Shown one piece after another: positions 19,680-28,474 of a stretch of 37,885 nt of DNA. Location: positions 1 through 37,885 of the IMG/VR virus record IMGVR_UViG_3300046787_000110; one strand, given 5' to 3'. Numbering within the stretch: position 1 is the first letter of the stretch; each line of letters begins with the position of its first letter. Under the pieces are notes generated by a model. It made no database searches and was not told the origin of the DNA. It was given only the letters and a program-made list of their open reading frames with translations. This DNA comes from a virus (lineage: Duplodnaviria > Caudoviricetes). The position numbers and the translations under genes are program-made.

Positions 19680-19690
19680 AACGAAATCCC

Positions 19691-20119
19691 TTATTCAACA
19701 AATGCGGGGAACATAGTCCTCGCTGTTTCAAAATTATCAATTGCACAAATAACCTCGCGGTCTTGCAAAATGATAAACACTACTTCGCCGTCACCGTGCG
19801 GTACCGCCCAGCGGTCGCCACCGTACTTGATCACGCGAACTAAATCTCCAACCTCTGCCCAAGCGCCTTCCGGCCATGGTTGCAGTGTGTTGAGATCTTT
19901 GTAAGCCAAGGGACCTACGCCGACCACCTTTGCGATTACCTCGTTCCATTTCTCTGTGGCTTTGGTGTCATTCACTAGAATGATGCCGCCCTTCGAAACG
20001 TCCTTGGCTTTTCGCAACTGAACGATGATTCGGTTGCCTTTCAGCTTTACCCCCGGATCAACAACCGGAAAACAGTCGGCTTCGCTCCGACCATCTACTT
20101 GGTACTTACTCTCTGTCAT
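19691..20119 (-). CDS. groES: GroES/Cpn10-like co-chaperonin
   Basis: GNRIIVQ...SKGGIIL (mobile loop)...KVVGVGP...EVGDLV...KYGG match the Cpn10 pattern; start chosen at the ATG with a GAGGA RBS. Confidence 0.85.
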   Translation of the reverse strand: MTESKYQVDGRSEADCFPVVDPGVKLKGNRIIVQLRKAKDVSKGGIILVNDTKATEKWNEVIAKVVGVGPLAYKDLNTLQPWPEGAWAEVGDLVRVIKYGGDRWAVPHGDGEVVFIILQDREVICAIDNFETARTMFPAFVE

Positions 20120-20306
20120 TGTCAGATTCCTCGTCCTCTCGCAGGACACTGTTGATAATTTCCAAAGCCTCTTTCAGACCTTGGCCTCTCCCTACAAGCT
20201 GGTTGTATTTATCCCAGCTATCGACTCCGCTCAAAACGCCGTTTTGTAAAAACTCAACAGCTTCTTTGATCCTGAAGATCGATTCATAGATGGGGTCTTT
20301 CACCAC
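20106..20306 (-). CDS. Small helical hypothetical protein
   Basis: 66-aa ORF overlapping both neighbours. Confidence 0.65.
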   Translation of the reverse strand: MVKDPIYESIFRIKEAVEFLQNGVLSGVDSWDKYNQLVGRGQGLKEALEIINSVLREDEESDNDRE

Positions 20307-20758
20307 ATCAAATCCTTATCTAAGAACACTCTGTTCTTTTTGGATATATTTTCAAATTCAGGCAATATTTGCAAATTCCAAGGAACATGTAATCCGCTTA
20401 CATTTTCTCCTTGCAAAGGCAAGATATGATCTACCTGATACGAAACCCCTGTATACAACTTAAAAGCTTTAGCCGCCTCATAAAAACTTTCAATCTGCTG
20501 AAAGTCTTCTTTTGTCAACCAAGAAGGCGTAGCATTTAGCTTTTTTGCTCTTCTTTTAGCATCTATTGCGTTGTACTTATCTCTGTTTGATAATTTGTAT
20601 GCTTTTTTGTAGGTTTTATCTGTGTCATACTGCTTTTTTGCAGATTTATTAACACAGAACCTACATTTAGAATTCAAACCATCAACTTTTTGTTTGTCTT
20701 TACCAAAATCATTTTCAGATTTGTGTTGTTGACAACCACAACAATATTTTGTCCACAT
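20300..20758 (-). CDS. HNH homing endonuclease
   Basis: N-terminal CxxC...CxxC; C-terminal VDHILPLQGENVSGLHVPWNLQILPEFENISK; AT-rich relative to its flanks. Confidence 0.88.
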   Translation of the reverse strand: MWTKYCCGCQQHKSENDFGKDKQKVDGLNSKCRFCVNKSAKKQYDTDKTYKKAYKLSNRDKYNAIDAKRRAKKLNATPSWLTKEDFQQIESFYEAAKAFKLYTGVSYQVDHILPLQGENVSGLHVPWNLQILPEFENISKKNRVFLDKDLMW

Positions 20759-20835
20759 TTTTTAGCCCCTTATTAGCTATGTAGTAAGAGGTAGGATGTG
20801 AATAAGGCACAAACAGGTTCCGTCGAACTTTTCCC

Positions 20836-20875
20836 TCTTATAACTAAGTACACACAAAAGTATGTACTTACGCCC
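20836..20875 (-). promoter_or_regulatory. Putative phage late promoter, copy 4 (divergent)
   Basis: GGGC-GTAAGTACATACTTT-TGTGTGTACTTAGTTATAAGA; identical spacing with a few core substitutions. Confidence 0.55.
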
Positions 20876-20879
20876 TAAA

Positions 20880-21056
20880 TTATTTTTTAAGGCCTTTACT
20901 ATTTACGGGCGGAACTTGGTACAAGGGTGCTTTAGGCGCCATCTTGGAACCAGAGGGACCTGTTTCTACTGGTGAGCCGGGGCCACCTGCGTAGCCGGGC
21001 TTGCCGGTGATCTTGTAGTTCTTACGAAAACCCATGTCTTGATTGCCTGTTGCCAT
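20880..21056 (-). CDS. Small Gly/Pro/Lys-rich protein (58 aa)
   Basis: Read manually: MATGNQDMGFRKNYKITGKPGYAGGPGSPVETGPSGSKMAPKAPLYQVPPVNSKGLKK; AGGAG RBS in the portal 3' end. Confidence 0.7.
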   Translation of the reverse strand: MATGNQDMGFRKNYKITGKPGYAGGPGSPVETGPSGSKMAPKAPLYQVPPVNSKGLKK

Positions 21057-21058
21057 TC

Positions 21059-23812
21059 TTAAACTCCTGTTGGTTGTTGTGCTTGTTGTACCGCTTGGGC
21101 CAACTGTTGTTGTGCTTGCATAGCCGCATCGTGTGCACGTTGCTCTTCTGCTTGCGCTTGATCTAACCCATGCTTACGCAGGTCTGCGTACGCTTGGCTT
21201 TCTGCCTCCAACGCAGTCATCTCTTGTGAGTGCTGTTGTTGAATCTGTTGTGCGCTCAACGCTTGGTTAGCGCCGATCATCGCCACGCGCTCTTTGGAGG
21301 CGTTGTTGATGTCTGCAATAGCAACCTTGGCCGCGTTGTCCTGATCGGCCAACTGTTGCTGTAGTCCCAGTTTGGCTTGGATCTCTGCCAACTTGGCTTG
21401 CATGTCGCGCACCTTGTCTGCCATCTCGGCCTGCATCTTCTCGCGCTCCAACTGGAACTTGGCCTGCGCTTCTTCTGTCTTGCGCTTTGTCTCTGCCATC
21501 TGTGTCTGGATGAGTGCCTGTGACGTGGGGTCTGCCATCGCCGCTGACTGCATCTGTGACTGCTTGGCCTGTTGCATTTGTTGCACCAACTGCTGGATGA
21601 TCGGGTTGATGCCCTCGAACGTCTTGGTTGCGTCTTGGTTGACCAACTGAGCGGCCATGGCCAGTGCCTCTTGTGCGGCTTGGTCCAGCTTGCGCTCTTC
21701 GTTCAACTTGAACGCGTCCTCGCCACCAGCGGCATGCGACACGTAGTTGCGCATAGACTGCAGGTAGTGCAGTGTCAAGTGTTGCTTGATGTGTTCCAAC
21801 ATCAAAGGCGTCACAGAGGGGCCAATGAGTGGGTTGCCACCGTACGCGGGGTCCATCATGTACGCCAAGTGCACCTTCAGGTGGTCGATGTGGCTTTGGT
21901 CTGGGAACGCGGCGGCCGCATGGCCCATGGTCATCTGCACGTTCTCAAGCGCAGGGTTGCTCTCAACCGAGCCCTGTGGGTTAGGCATGACCTTCTCAAT
22001 GTCAGGCACCTTCATCAACTTCATGACACGCATGTGCGCTTCACGAATGTTGTACAACTGGGGCGCTTTGTCTGCCAACTGCATCACCAATTGCGCCTGT
22101 GTCAAACGCTGTGTTTCGCTGAAGATGTTAGGGTCAGAGATCGGGCTGACGTCTGAGTTGTCTTCGAAGTCCTCTACCGCGATCTCGGCACCGGACTGGT
22201 TGTCCATGTCTTCCAAGTACCAGCAGTTCAAGCGTGACAGGATCTGCAAGCTCTTAGCCTGACTGCGGTGCAAACGAGCGTGGATGCTTGAGAACACCTT
22301 AGAGCCCTGCTCGATCAGCGCCTGTGTTGTGCCAACGGGTGTGTTGCTACCTGCGTCGGCAATACGGCCTTCGCTTGTCTTCACAACACCCTTGGCCGCG
22401 TCGGTCAGCCAACCTAACAGGTTGTACAGCACCGAGGACGGTGGGTTGAACGGCAGTGGCATCGCCAACTTACGCACGTCGTCCACGCCGGGTGAGCCCT
22501 CAATCTCAACGACCTGAGTTGGCTCAATGCGGTCTGTCTGGCCACCAATGCGTCCGCCCTTGAGCTTCAACATGGTCTGGCTGTTGTTCACGTGGGCCGA
22601 GTCCATCAACGCACGGAGCGAGCCTGTCAGTGCCGCTGAGAGGCCGCCGATAAGGTGTGGCATACCAATAGCATAAGCACCGCGCCATGGAATGAACTTG
22701 TACTCTACGATCCAGTCCAGCTTGCGCATGCGTGTGTCGCCTGCCTGCCAGTTACGGTACAGACCAACCACCTTGCTAGAGATCTCGTCCACTGTCAGGA
22801 TGTACGGTGCACGTGCGCCGCCTGTCAACGGGTCGTCATCCAAACGCAAAAACGCTGTGATCTCGTACACACGGCGCAGGCCGTCTACGTTCTTAGTTGG
22901 CTCTGTCAGGCCCTCGATCTTGTCGTTGGCCTTCTTAGACTGTGTCTGGTTCTCAGGCAACAGGTCAGACGTGTACAACTCAATGTCGCGGTACTCACCC
23001 ATCTCGATACGTTGCTTGAACATATCTTCTGTGATGTCTTGCTGTTCCGTTACGCGCGCGGCTGAGTAGAAGTTTGTTGACGCAAAAGGCAACAGAATGT
23101 TGTCGATCGGAATCCACTCGGGCACTGGGCGGTTGAGGTCCTTGTCGAATCTCCATTTGAGATACTGTGAACCACCGAGCGGCAACTGCGTGAACAACTG
23201 CTCCATCTCGTCACGGTACTCTTCAACCTGCTCGGTCAACTGCCAGTTCAGGAAGTTGGCTTTACGCTGTGCTGTCTCCAAACGCTTTTGGTCAGCCTTG
23301 CCCTTGATGAACGTGCGCACCAAGCCGTCGGCTGGCAACAACTCTTTGCACGCGTTGGACGCAAAGTCCACGCAGGCCTCTGCCATGATAGGGTGCACCA
23401 CCTTGGACGCGCCGTCGAACGTTGCGCCACCGGGGGCGTCGTTGCCCAGACCTGTGCGGCGGATGCCCTCTTCGTACTGCTTGTCACGTTGTTTGCGGGA
23501 CTCGCGGTCCACCTCAATCAGGTCAAGGTACTCAGACGCTAGTCCATCAAGAATGCCCTCTTCCAACTCTTCTGCCAAGTTGGCGTAGAACTCTGGGTTC
23601 TCTGACGGCTTCTCTGTCTCCATCATGTTGACCACAACGGAGCCGTCCTCCATCTCAATGATCTCGGACTCTACCTCGTCAATGTCCAAATCCAGCGCGT
23701 TGGCCAGATCTTGAACTTCCTGTTCCGTGTCTACTTCTTTGGTCGTCTCGTCTTCAGCGTACGACAACGTGGACAGGTTACCGCCCTTTTGGAGTGGGAT
23801 GATTGGTTGCAT
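21059..23812 (-). CDS. Portal protein (P22-like, long C-terminal helical barrel)
   Basis: 917 aa downstream of the terminase; HPIMAEACVDF, YKFIPWRGAYAIGMPHLIG and PVGTTQALIEQ; Gln-rich coiled C-terminus. Confidence 0.85.
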   Translation of the reverse strand: MQPIIPLQKGGNLSTLSYAEDETTKEVDTEQEVQDLANALDLDIDEVESEIIEMEDGSVVVNMMETEKPSENPEFYANLAEELEEGILDGLASEYLDLIEVDRESRKQRDKQYEEGIRRTGLGNDAPGGATFDGASKVVHPIMAEACVDFASNACKELLPADGLVRTFIKGKADQKRLETAQRKANFLNWQLTEQVEEYRDEMEQLFTQLPLGGSQYLKWRFDKDLNRPVPEWIPIDNILLPFASTNFYSAARVTEQQDITEDMFKQRIEMGEYRDIELYTSDLLPENQTQSKKANDKIEGLTEPTKNVDGLRRVYEITAFLRLDDDPLTGGARAPYILTVDEISSKVVGLYRNWQAGDTRMRKLDWIVEYKFIPWRGAYAIGMPHLIGGLSAALTGSLRALMDSAHVNNSQTMLKLKGGRIGGQTDRIEPTQVVEIEGSPGVDDVRKLAMPLPFNPPSSVLYNLLGWLTDAAKGVVKTSEGRIADAGSNTPVGTTQALIEQGSKVFSSIHARLHRSQAKSLQILSRLNCWYLEDMDNQSGAEIAVEDFEDNSDVSPISDPNIFSETQRLTQAQLVMQLADKAPQLYNIREAHMRVMKLMKVPDIEKVMPNPQGSVESNPALENVQMTMGHAAAAFPDQSHIDHLKVHLAYMMDPAYGGNPLIGPSVTPLMLEHIKQHLTLHYLQSMRNYVSHAAGGEDAFKLNEERKLDQAAQEALAMAAQLVNQDATKTFEGINPIIQQLVQQMQQAKQSQMQSAAMADPTSQALIQTQMAETKRKTEEAQAKFQLEREKMQAEMADKVRDMQAKLAEIQAKLGLQQQLADQDNAAKVAIADINNASKERVAMIGANQALSAQQIQQQHSQEMTALEAESQAYADLRKHGLDQAQAEEQRAHDAAMQAQQQLAQAVQQAQQPTGV

Positions 23813-25488
23813 TATTGGTTAAAGCCTTTGTATGCTTTACGAATTGGTTGAGCCATTGGCAACACGCCTAGTGCACTCATGCTCGCAGAAAAAGGGTCTT
23901 CTTTTGCAATGTAGTGGCCTGTCTCTGAGGCGTATAGTGGCGCCATGGCCATCGCGCCAGCGGGGTGGAATGACGCAATGTCTGCCAAACCAAAGTTAAG
24001 TGGTAGGTCGCTGTTTTCACCACCGATCACGTTTGCCGCAACTCTGCGAGCGGTTGGTGCTGTCATGTATTTTTTAAGAAACTTTGCGCCAGTCTCAGCA
24101 ATCCGTTCTTTCGGTGACGGGTTGTATGGGCGCATTTCGGACGTTTCTTTTTTGTCCAAATCGCTGTAATACTTACGGTACACAGAATCAACACCACGTT
24201 CAAAAGGGTCGGTAGACTCAAAAGGGTTGCGCATCATCTCCGCGGCAAACTCTTGTTGTGTCATTGGTTGTTGACCAAACAAGGGTCGTGTCATGCCACC
24301 TTTGTCGTAGCCGCGGACCATCATCTCGGCCTGCATGTCGCGGGGAGAGTACATCATGCCGCCTGCGGCCTTGCCCTCCACCTCACGGCGGCGCTTGTCT
24401 TTGAGTTCTTCCAACTGCCAGTTCTTTGCGAACGGGGCGCGTTGCTCGGGTGCCGTGTCCAGCAAGTAGTCACGCTGGTTCTTAGGGAACCAGTCAGACG
24501 GGTGCTTGGTCACAACTGACTCAGGCAGACCCGACATGCGGGCCTCGTCACGCCATGACTGCATTTCCGCAGAGGGACGGCCGCCGCCACCGGGTTGTGA
24601 TGGGCGTTGAGCGATTGGGTTTGTGCCAGTGTAGTTGTGGCGCATGGGGTTGATCATCGCGTTGATCGCGTTGACAATGTCTTCTTGGTCTGGGTCGATG
24701 CCGCGGGCACGGAAGTCCGCAACCACCTTGTCCACCAAAGCACCGTGCTTACCCAACAGCATCTCGTCTGTCAGTTTGTCCAGTCCGGGACCTTCTAGTT
24801 GCGCGGCACGTTCGGCAAACGGCGCACTTGCGCTGGTCATCTGCGGAATGTCGCCCTCAGTCTTACGCAGGGCATCAAGACCACCCATTGCGTCGTCTGT
24901 CAGGTCGATCGCCTCTTCACCCAACTGCTGGCGCGTTGCCAACTCTTCTGTTGATGGTGTGAATGACTTGTTCCATGTGCGGTTGGCTGTACGGCCTGTG
25001 TTGGCCATCGACATAAACTCGTCTTCAGGGAACGCGTTCTGGAACTGACCCTTGGGGTAGTTGCGCGCCTTGATGTTAACGGGCGACATGTCAAACTGGC
25101 TCGGTACGCCTTGGAACGGGCCAATAGTTTCGCGTGTTGTCACACCCTTGGCGCGCTCTGGTGTGATTGTTTGGCCTGTTGGGCTTGTTGCCGCGGGGTA
25201 AGGACGGCCTGATGCGTCCACAAACTGGTCTGCAAATGGTGTTTGCTGTTTCATGCGGGCCATTGTCTCGGCCGGCTTGGCTGAAGGGGCTGAAAGTGAG
25301 CGAATGTGGTCTTCCAACTGCTTCACTTCTTCGGGCGACGGGGGTTTACCCACCGCTTTGGTGTATTTGCGGATTGCGTCTTGAATTCGGCTTGCAAACT
25401 GACCCACAACATCGCCACCCTTGCCGTAATGAGGGATGCCTGCCTGTTCGTACATCATTTGTGTGGGTGTTTTAATGGGATTAAGCAT
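23812..25488 (-). CDS. Hypothetical protein (possible internal virion cargo)
   Basis: 558 aa between terL and portal; contains YGKGG, KAAGG and YDKGG. Confidence 0.7.
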   Translation of the reverse strand: MLNPIKTPTQMMYEQAGIPHYGKGGDVVGQFASRIQDAIRKYTKAVGKPPSPEEVKQLEDHIRSLSAPSAKPAETMARMKQQTPFADQFVDASGRPYPAATSPTGQTITPERAKGVTTRETIGPFQGVPSQFDMSPVNIKARNYPKGQFQNAFPEDEFMSMANTGRTANRTWNKSFTPSTEELATRQQLGEEAIDLTDDAMGGLDALRKTEGDIPQMTSASAPFAERAAQLEGPGLDKLTDEMLLGKHGALVDKVVADFRARGIDPDQEDIVNAINAMINPMRHNYTGTNPIAQRPSQPGGGGRPSAEMQSWRDEARMSGLPESVVTKHPSDWFPKNQRDYLLDTAPEQRAPFAKNWQLEELKDKRRREVEGKAAGGMMYSPRDMQAEMMVRGYDKGGMTRPLFGQQPMTQQEFAAEMMRNPFESTDPFERGVDSVYRKYYSDLDKKETSEMRPYNPSPKERIAETGAKFLKKYMTAPTARRVAANVIGGENSDLPLNFGLADIASFHPAGAMAMAPLYASETGHYIAKEDPFSASMSALGVLPMAQPIRKAYKGFNQ

Positions 25489-25678
25489 CGTAATCTCGGT
25501 TTTTCAAAATTTTGTTGTAGTTTTCAAGGTCGCCGCCCCTGACCATGTCTTTCAACATGCTCCGATACCCCGCTCTTACCTTGCCCCACACAGAAAATGA
25601 CTCACTTCGTCCTCGAATGTAGCGACACATCTGGCAATTGCACTGCCTGATCTCTTTTGCGTGCGATGAACTGTGCAT
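25481..25678 (-). CDS. Small protein with CxCxxC
   Basis: 65 aa, AGGAGG RBS from late motif 5. Confidence 0.65.
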   Translation of the reverse strand: MHSSSHAKEIRQCNCQMCRYIRGRSESFSVWGKVRAGYRSMLKDMVRGGDLENYNKILKNRDYDA

Positions 25679-25687
25679 TCAGGGGCC

Positions 25688-25727
25688 TCCTATAACCAAT
25701 CACCCATAAATGAGGGTGTTTGTGCCC
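25688..25727 (-). promoter_or_regulatory. Putative phage late promoter, copy 5
   Basis: GGGC-ACAAACACCCTCATT-TATGGGTGATTGGTTATAGGA on - strand. Confidence 0.7.
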
Positions 25728-25732
25728 GAAAA

Positions 25733-27178
25733 TCACGCCGCGTAGGGGTTATTCACCCGATTTCGCGATATGTCGTCCGCATGGACGTAGTCCCTTGCCG
25801 GCATTGGGTCTAGTTGCAACCAACCTGAGTCGCGCAAGACCCTCAAAGCCTGTGAAAGTGCGTCAACGTAGTCGTCGTGGCCCTTTGCTTCAGGGAACGA
25901 ACACACCTGACGAATGAAACGCTTGGCCCATGGGGCTACCTCGCCCGGGTTCTCTGGGTCCTCTGGCACGTACACCCGACCTTTTGCAATCAGAGGCGCC
26001 ACAATGTTCATCCTCTGCACCTTGTCGGCTCGTCCGGGGTTGTAAGACCGCACTGGCAGGTGCGCGGCCTGCAACTCTTGGATCAGCGAAATGCCCGCGG
26101 ACTTGTCTTCCATGAGAATCAGGTCCGTTTTCTTGCCTTTTGCAAACGTGTTGTCCGCGCCGTACACCACTTCCTTGTAGTCCTCGATCACTTTGCGGCG
26201 CAACTCCGGATAAGACAGGTGGTTGTCCCATGCGTCCAGCAGTATGCAACTTGTCGCGAAGTCTTCTTGCTCGAATACACCAAGCGCGATGCACGCGGTC
26301 GGGTCGTTGTGTGTCTTCTCGGACGTTGCAGGGTCATACGACACCAGCACATACTCCAAGGTCGGCGTTGGTTTGTTTGCCGGCCAGTTACGGAACCACT
26401 TACGCTTGACGATACCCGCGTTCTCAGGGTCCAAGATCTCGCCGTAGATCTCTTGCCTGCCTAGGTCGGTGCCCTCGTACGCCTCCAACTGCTTGAAGAA
26501 CGTGGACGAGAGGTTGGACCGGTTGTCGTATGAACTGGCGCGGCTGACGTACACGTCGCCGCCAACCTTACCCTCGTTCAGGTCCGTGATTAGTTCCAGT
26601 GGTTTGGGTGTGGTGGTGATGATCGACTGCACCCTAGCGATGCGCGGGTCGGTCAGACGCAACGTGAACTGTATCTGGTCGTACGCGTCGTCAATGTACT
26701 CGAACGCGCACAGCTCGTCCGCCCACATGCCGTGCCACTGTGTGCCCCGGAAGCGCTCTGGCTCAGACGCCGGGATGCCGCGGATCATGCTTCCGTTCTT
26801 CAACGTCAACTCAAACAGCGACTTGTTGTAGTCCTTGATCAGCGAGGAGGGGATGATGTTGAGGAGCCCCGAGTCACCCTCGAAGCAGGTTGCGCGAATG
26901 TCGTTTGATGTTGGCGCCGTCACCAACCAGCGCGTTTTGTCGTAGATGGCCGCTCTCAGTCCTAGCCAGTTGGACGCCGTGTGCGTCTTGCCTGAACCCC
27001 GGCCGGCTAGGAGCAAGAAGGTATCGTACTCCCCGTCCTCCGGCTCCCTCTGGTGGGGCAGGGCTGTTAGCTCCCACCTCACACGCCACAGGGCCAGATC
27101 CAGTTGGTCCTTCGGCCAGCCCTTGTTCTGCTCGGCAAACGCCTTGAGTAGTTTTTGTTGTGTGTCGTTCATAGGCAT
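25733..27178 (-). CDS. terL: Terminase large subunit
   Basis: Walker A AGRGSGKT, Walker B MWADE, coupling motif ITTTP, nuclease SYDPA and HDDYVDA. The start may be ATG 27172 (ATGA overlap with the upstream stop). Confidence 0.95.
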   Translation of the reverse strand: MPMNDTQQKLLKAFAEQNKGWPKDQLDLALWRVRWELTALPHQREPEDGEYDTFLLLAGRGSGKTHTASNWLGLRAAIYDKTRWLVTAPTSNDIRATCFEGDSGLLNIIPSSLIKDYNKSLFELTLKNGSMIRGIPASEPERFRGTQWHGMWADELCAFEYIDDAYDQIQFTLRLTDPRIARVQSIITTTPKPLELITDLNEGKVGGDVYVSRASSYDNRSNLSSTFFKQLEAYEGTDLGRQEIYGEILDPENAGIVKRKWFRNWPANKPTPTLEYVLVSYDPATSEKTHNDPTACIALGVFEQEDFATSCILLDAWDNHLSYPELRRKVIEDYKEVVYGADNTFAKGKKTDLILMEDKSAGISLIQELQAAHLPVRSYNPGRADKVQRMNIVAPLIAKGRVYVPEDPENPGEVAPWAKRFIRQVCSFPEAKGHDDYVDALSQALRVLRDSGWLQLDPMPARDYVHADDISRNRVNNPYAA

Positions 27179-28041
27179 ACTGTCAGGTACCCTTCACTCA
27201 CTAAAAATGTATTGTTGGGGTCTTCAAGCTTGATGTGCATGCAGGGCCGAATGTCCACGTTGGTAACGTGGGTAATCCTGCGCATCTCCTCGTACTGAGG
27301 GCGACGTACCGGCATCTGGTCTTCGACCAGCATCAGGTTTGTCCTGAACACCATTTGGAACTGGTGTTGGTGCTCTCTGATCTCCGTCCTGATACCAAGG
27401 GACTCCGTCAGGTTGTGTATCGACCTGAACAGCCGGAAGTTGCCGATGTTGAACCGGAACTTGGCCGAGACCCTACTGTGGCACTTTGGACGTGAGGCAC
27501 ATACCCCCCGGAGTATAGCCAAGCGCTGTTCAAACGATGAGAACAGGTACTCTTCTGGAATGTAATCTGGTATTTTGCCGTACGCCTCGATCAGCTTGGA
27601 TGTGACCTTCGTACGTTTGTCTCTGTGGGGATCCCCGATCCACATCCCCATGTCGTAGGGGTGCAGGGGTAATGGCTTGGCTGTGGGCTTGATAGGGTAG
27701 CACGTTGGCATCCTACACCACCCAGTCTCAATGTTGGCTAGGTTCTGTGGCGCGTAGATAGGGAGGATGTACTCTTCTTGGGTTGGGCGCTTGCGTCCCC
27801 ACTTGACCAGTGTGGCAAAAGACCGCTTGTCGTACACCGGAATGCCGGTGCGGCTATCCACTACCAACGTCAAGCCGTCCTTGGTCCAGATCTTATGACA
27901 CACCACCGGCGTGTACTCCTGAACAGAAACAACTTTGACTGGCAGGCCCGTGTAATCAAAAACCTCATCCCCCGGCTTGATAAACCTCGCTAACTGCCAT
28001 CCGGCAGTGGTAGGGATGGGGGTTCGTGCATCGATTCCCAT
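27169..28041 (-). CDS. Free-standing intein-like (Hint + LAGLIDADG-like) protein with degenerate catalytic residues
   Basis: TPIPTTAGW...PGDEVFD..G.PVKV (block A-like), PYDMGMWIGD, IPEEYLFSSFEQRLAILRG, and a C-terminal block F/G-like segment ending VCL instead of HN. Confidence 0.8.
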   Translation of the reverse strand: MGIDARTPIPTTAGWQLARFIKPGDEVFDYTGLPVKVVSVQEYTPVVCHKIWTKDGLTLVVDSRTGIPVYDKRSFATLVKWGRKRPTQEEYILPIYAPQNLANIETGWCRMPTCYPIKPTAKPLPLHPYDMGMWIGDPHRDKRTKVTSKLIEAYGKIPDYIPEEYLFSSFEQRLAILRGVCASRPKCHSRVSAKFRFNIGNFRLFRSIHNLTESLGIRTEIREHQHQFQMVFRTNLMLVEDQMPVRRPQYEEMRRITHVTNVDIRPCMHIKLEDPNNTFLVSEGYLTVCL

Positions 28042-28081
28042 GTCTAATCAGAATTACCCATAGATCCGGCTGTTTGTGCCC
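28042..28081 (-). promoter_or_regulatory. Putative phage late promoter, copy 6
   Basis: GGGC-ACAAACAGCCGGATC-TATGGGTAATTCTGATTAGAC immediately followed by ATG 28041; no SD, so possibly a leaderless transcript. Confidence 0.65.
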
Positions 28082-28123
28082 TATTCCAGTGGTGGGGGGT
28101 ATACAGAGCAAAAACAGCTGTTT

Positions 28124-28261
<138 letters not shown>

Positions 28262-28474
28262 AAAATGTGAACCCGCGGCCGTCACAAATAACCATGTCAG
28301 CAGTAGGGTCTATATACTCCCGGGGGTATATGTGCACATAAATGTTAACAAAACAAACTTTTTGTAAAAATATATAAAAATTGCAAAAACTTGCTGGCTG
28401 TAGGGGCCCCCCGCCCCGGGTTGCCGATGGGACCCTAATTGGGGTGTCGCTAAAAAACAACGCCCCCGTCAGGC

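Noticed and set aside
25733-28041. Active intein within TerL, or a frameshifted intein-TerL fusion
   Set aside because: TerL is continuous and complete; the intein-like ORF lacks splicing residues, and no slippery sequence is evident at the ATGA junction.
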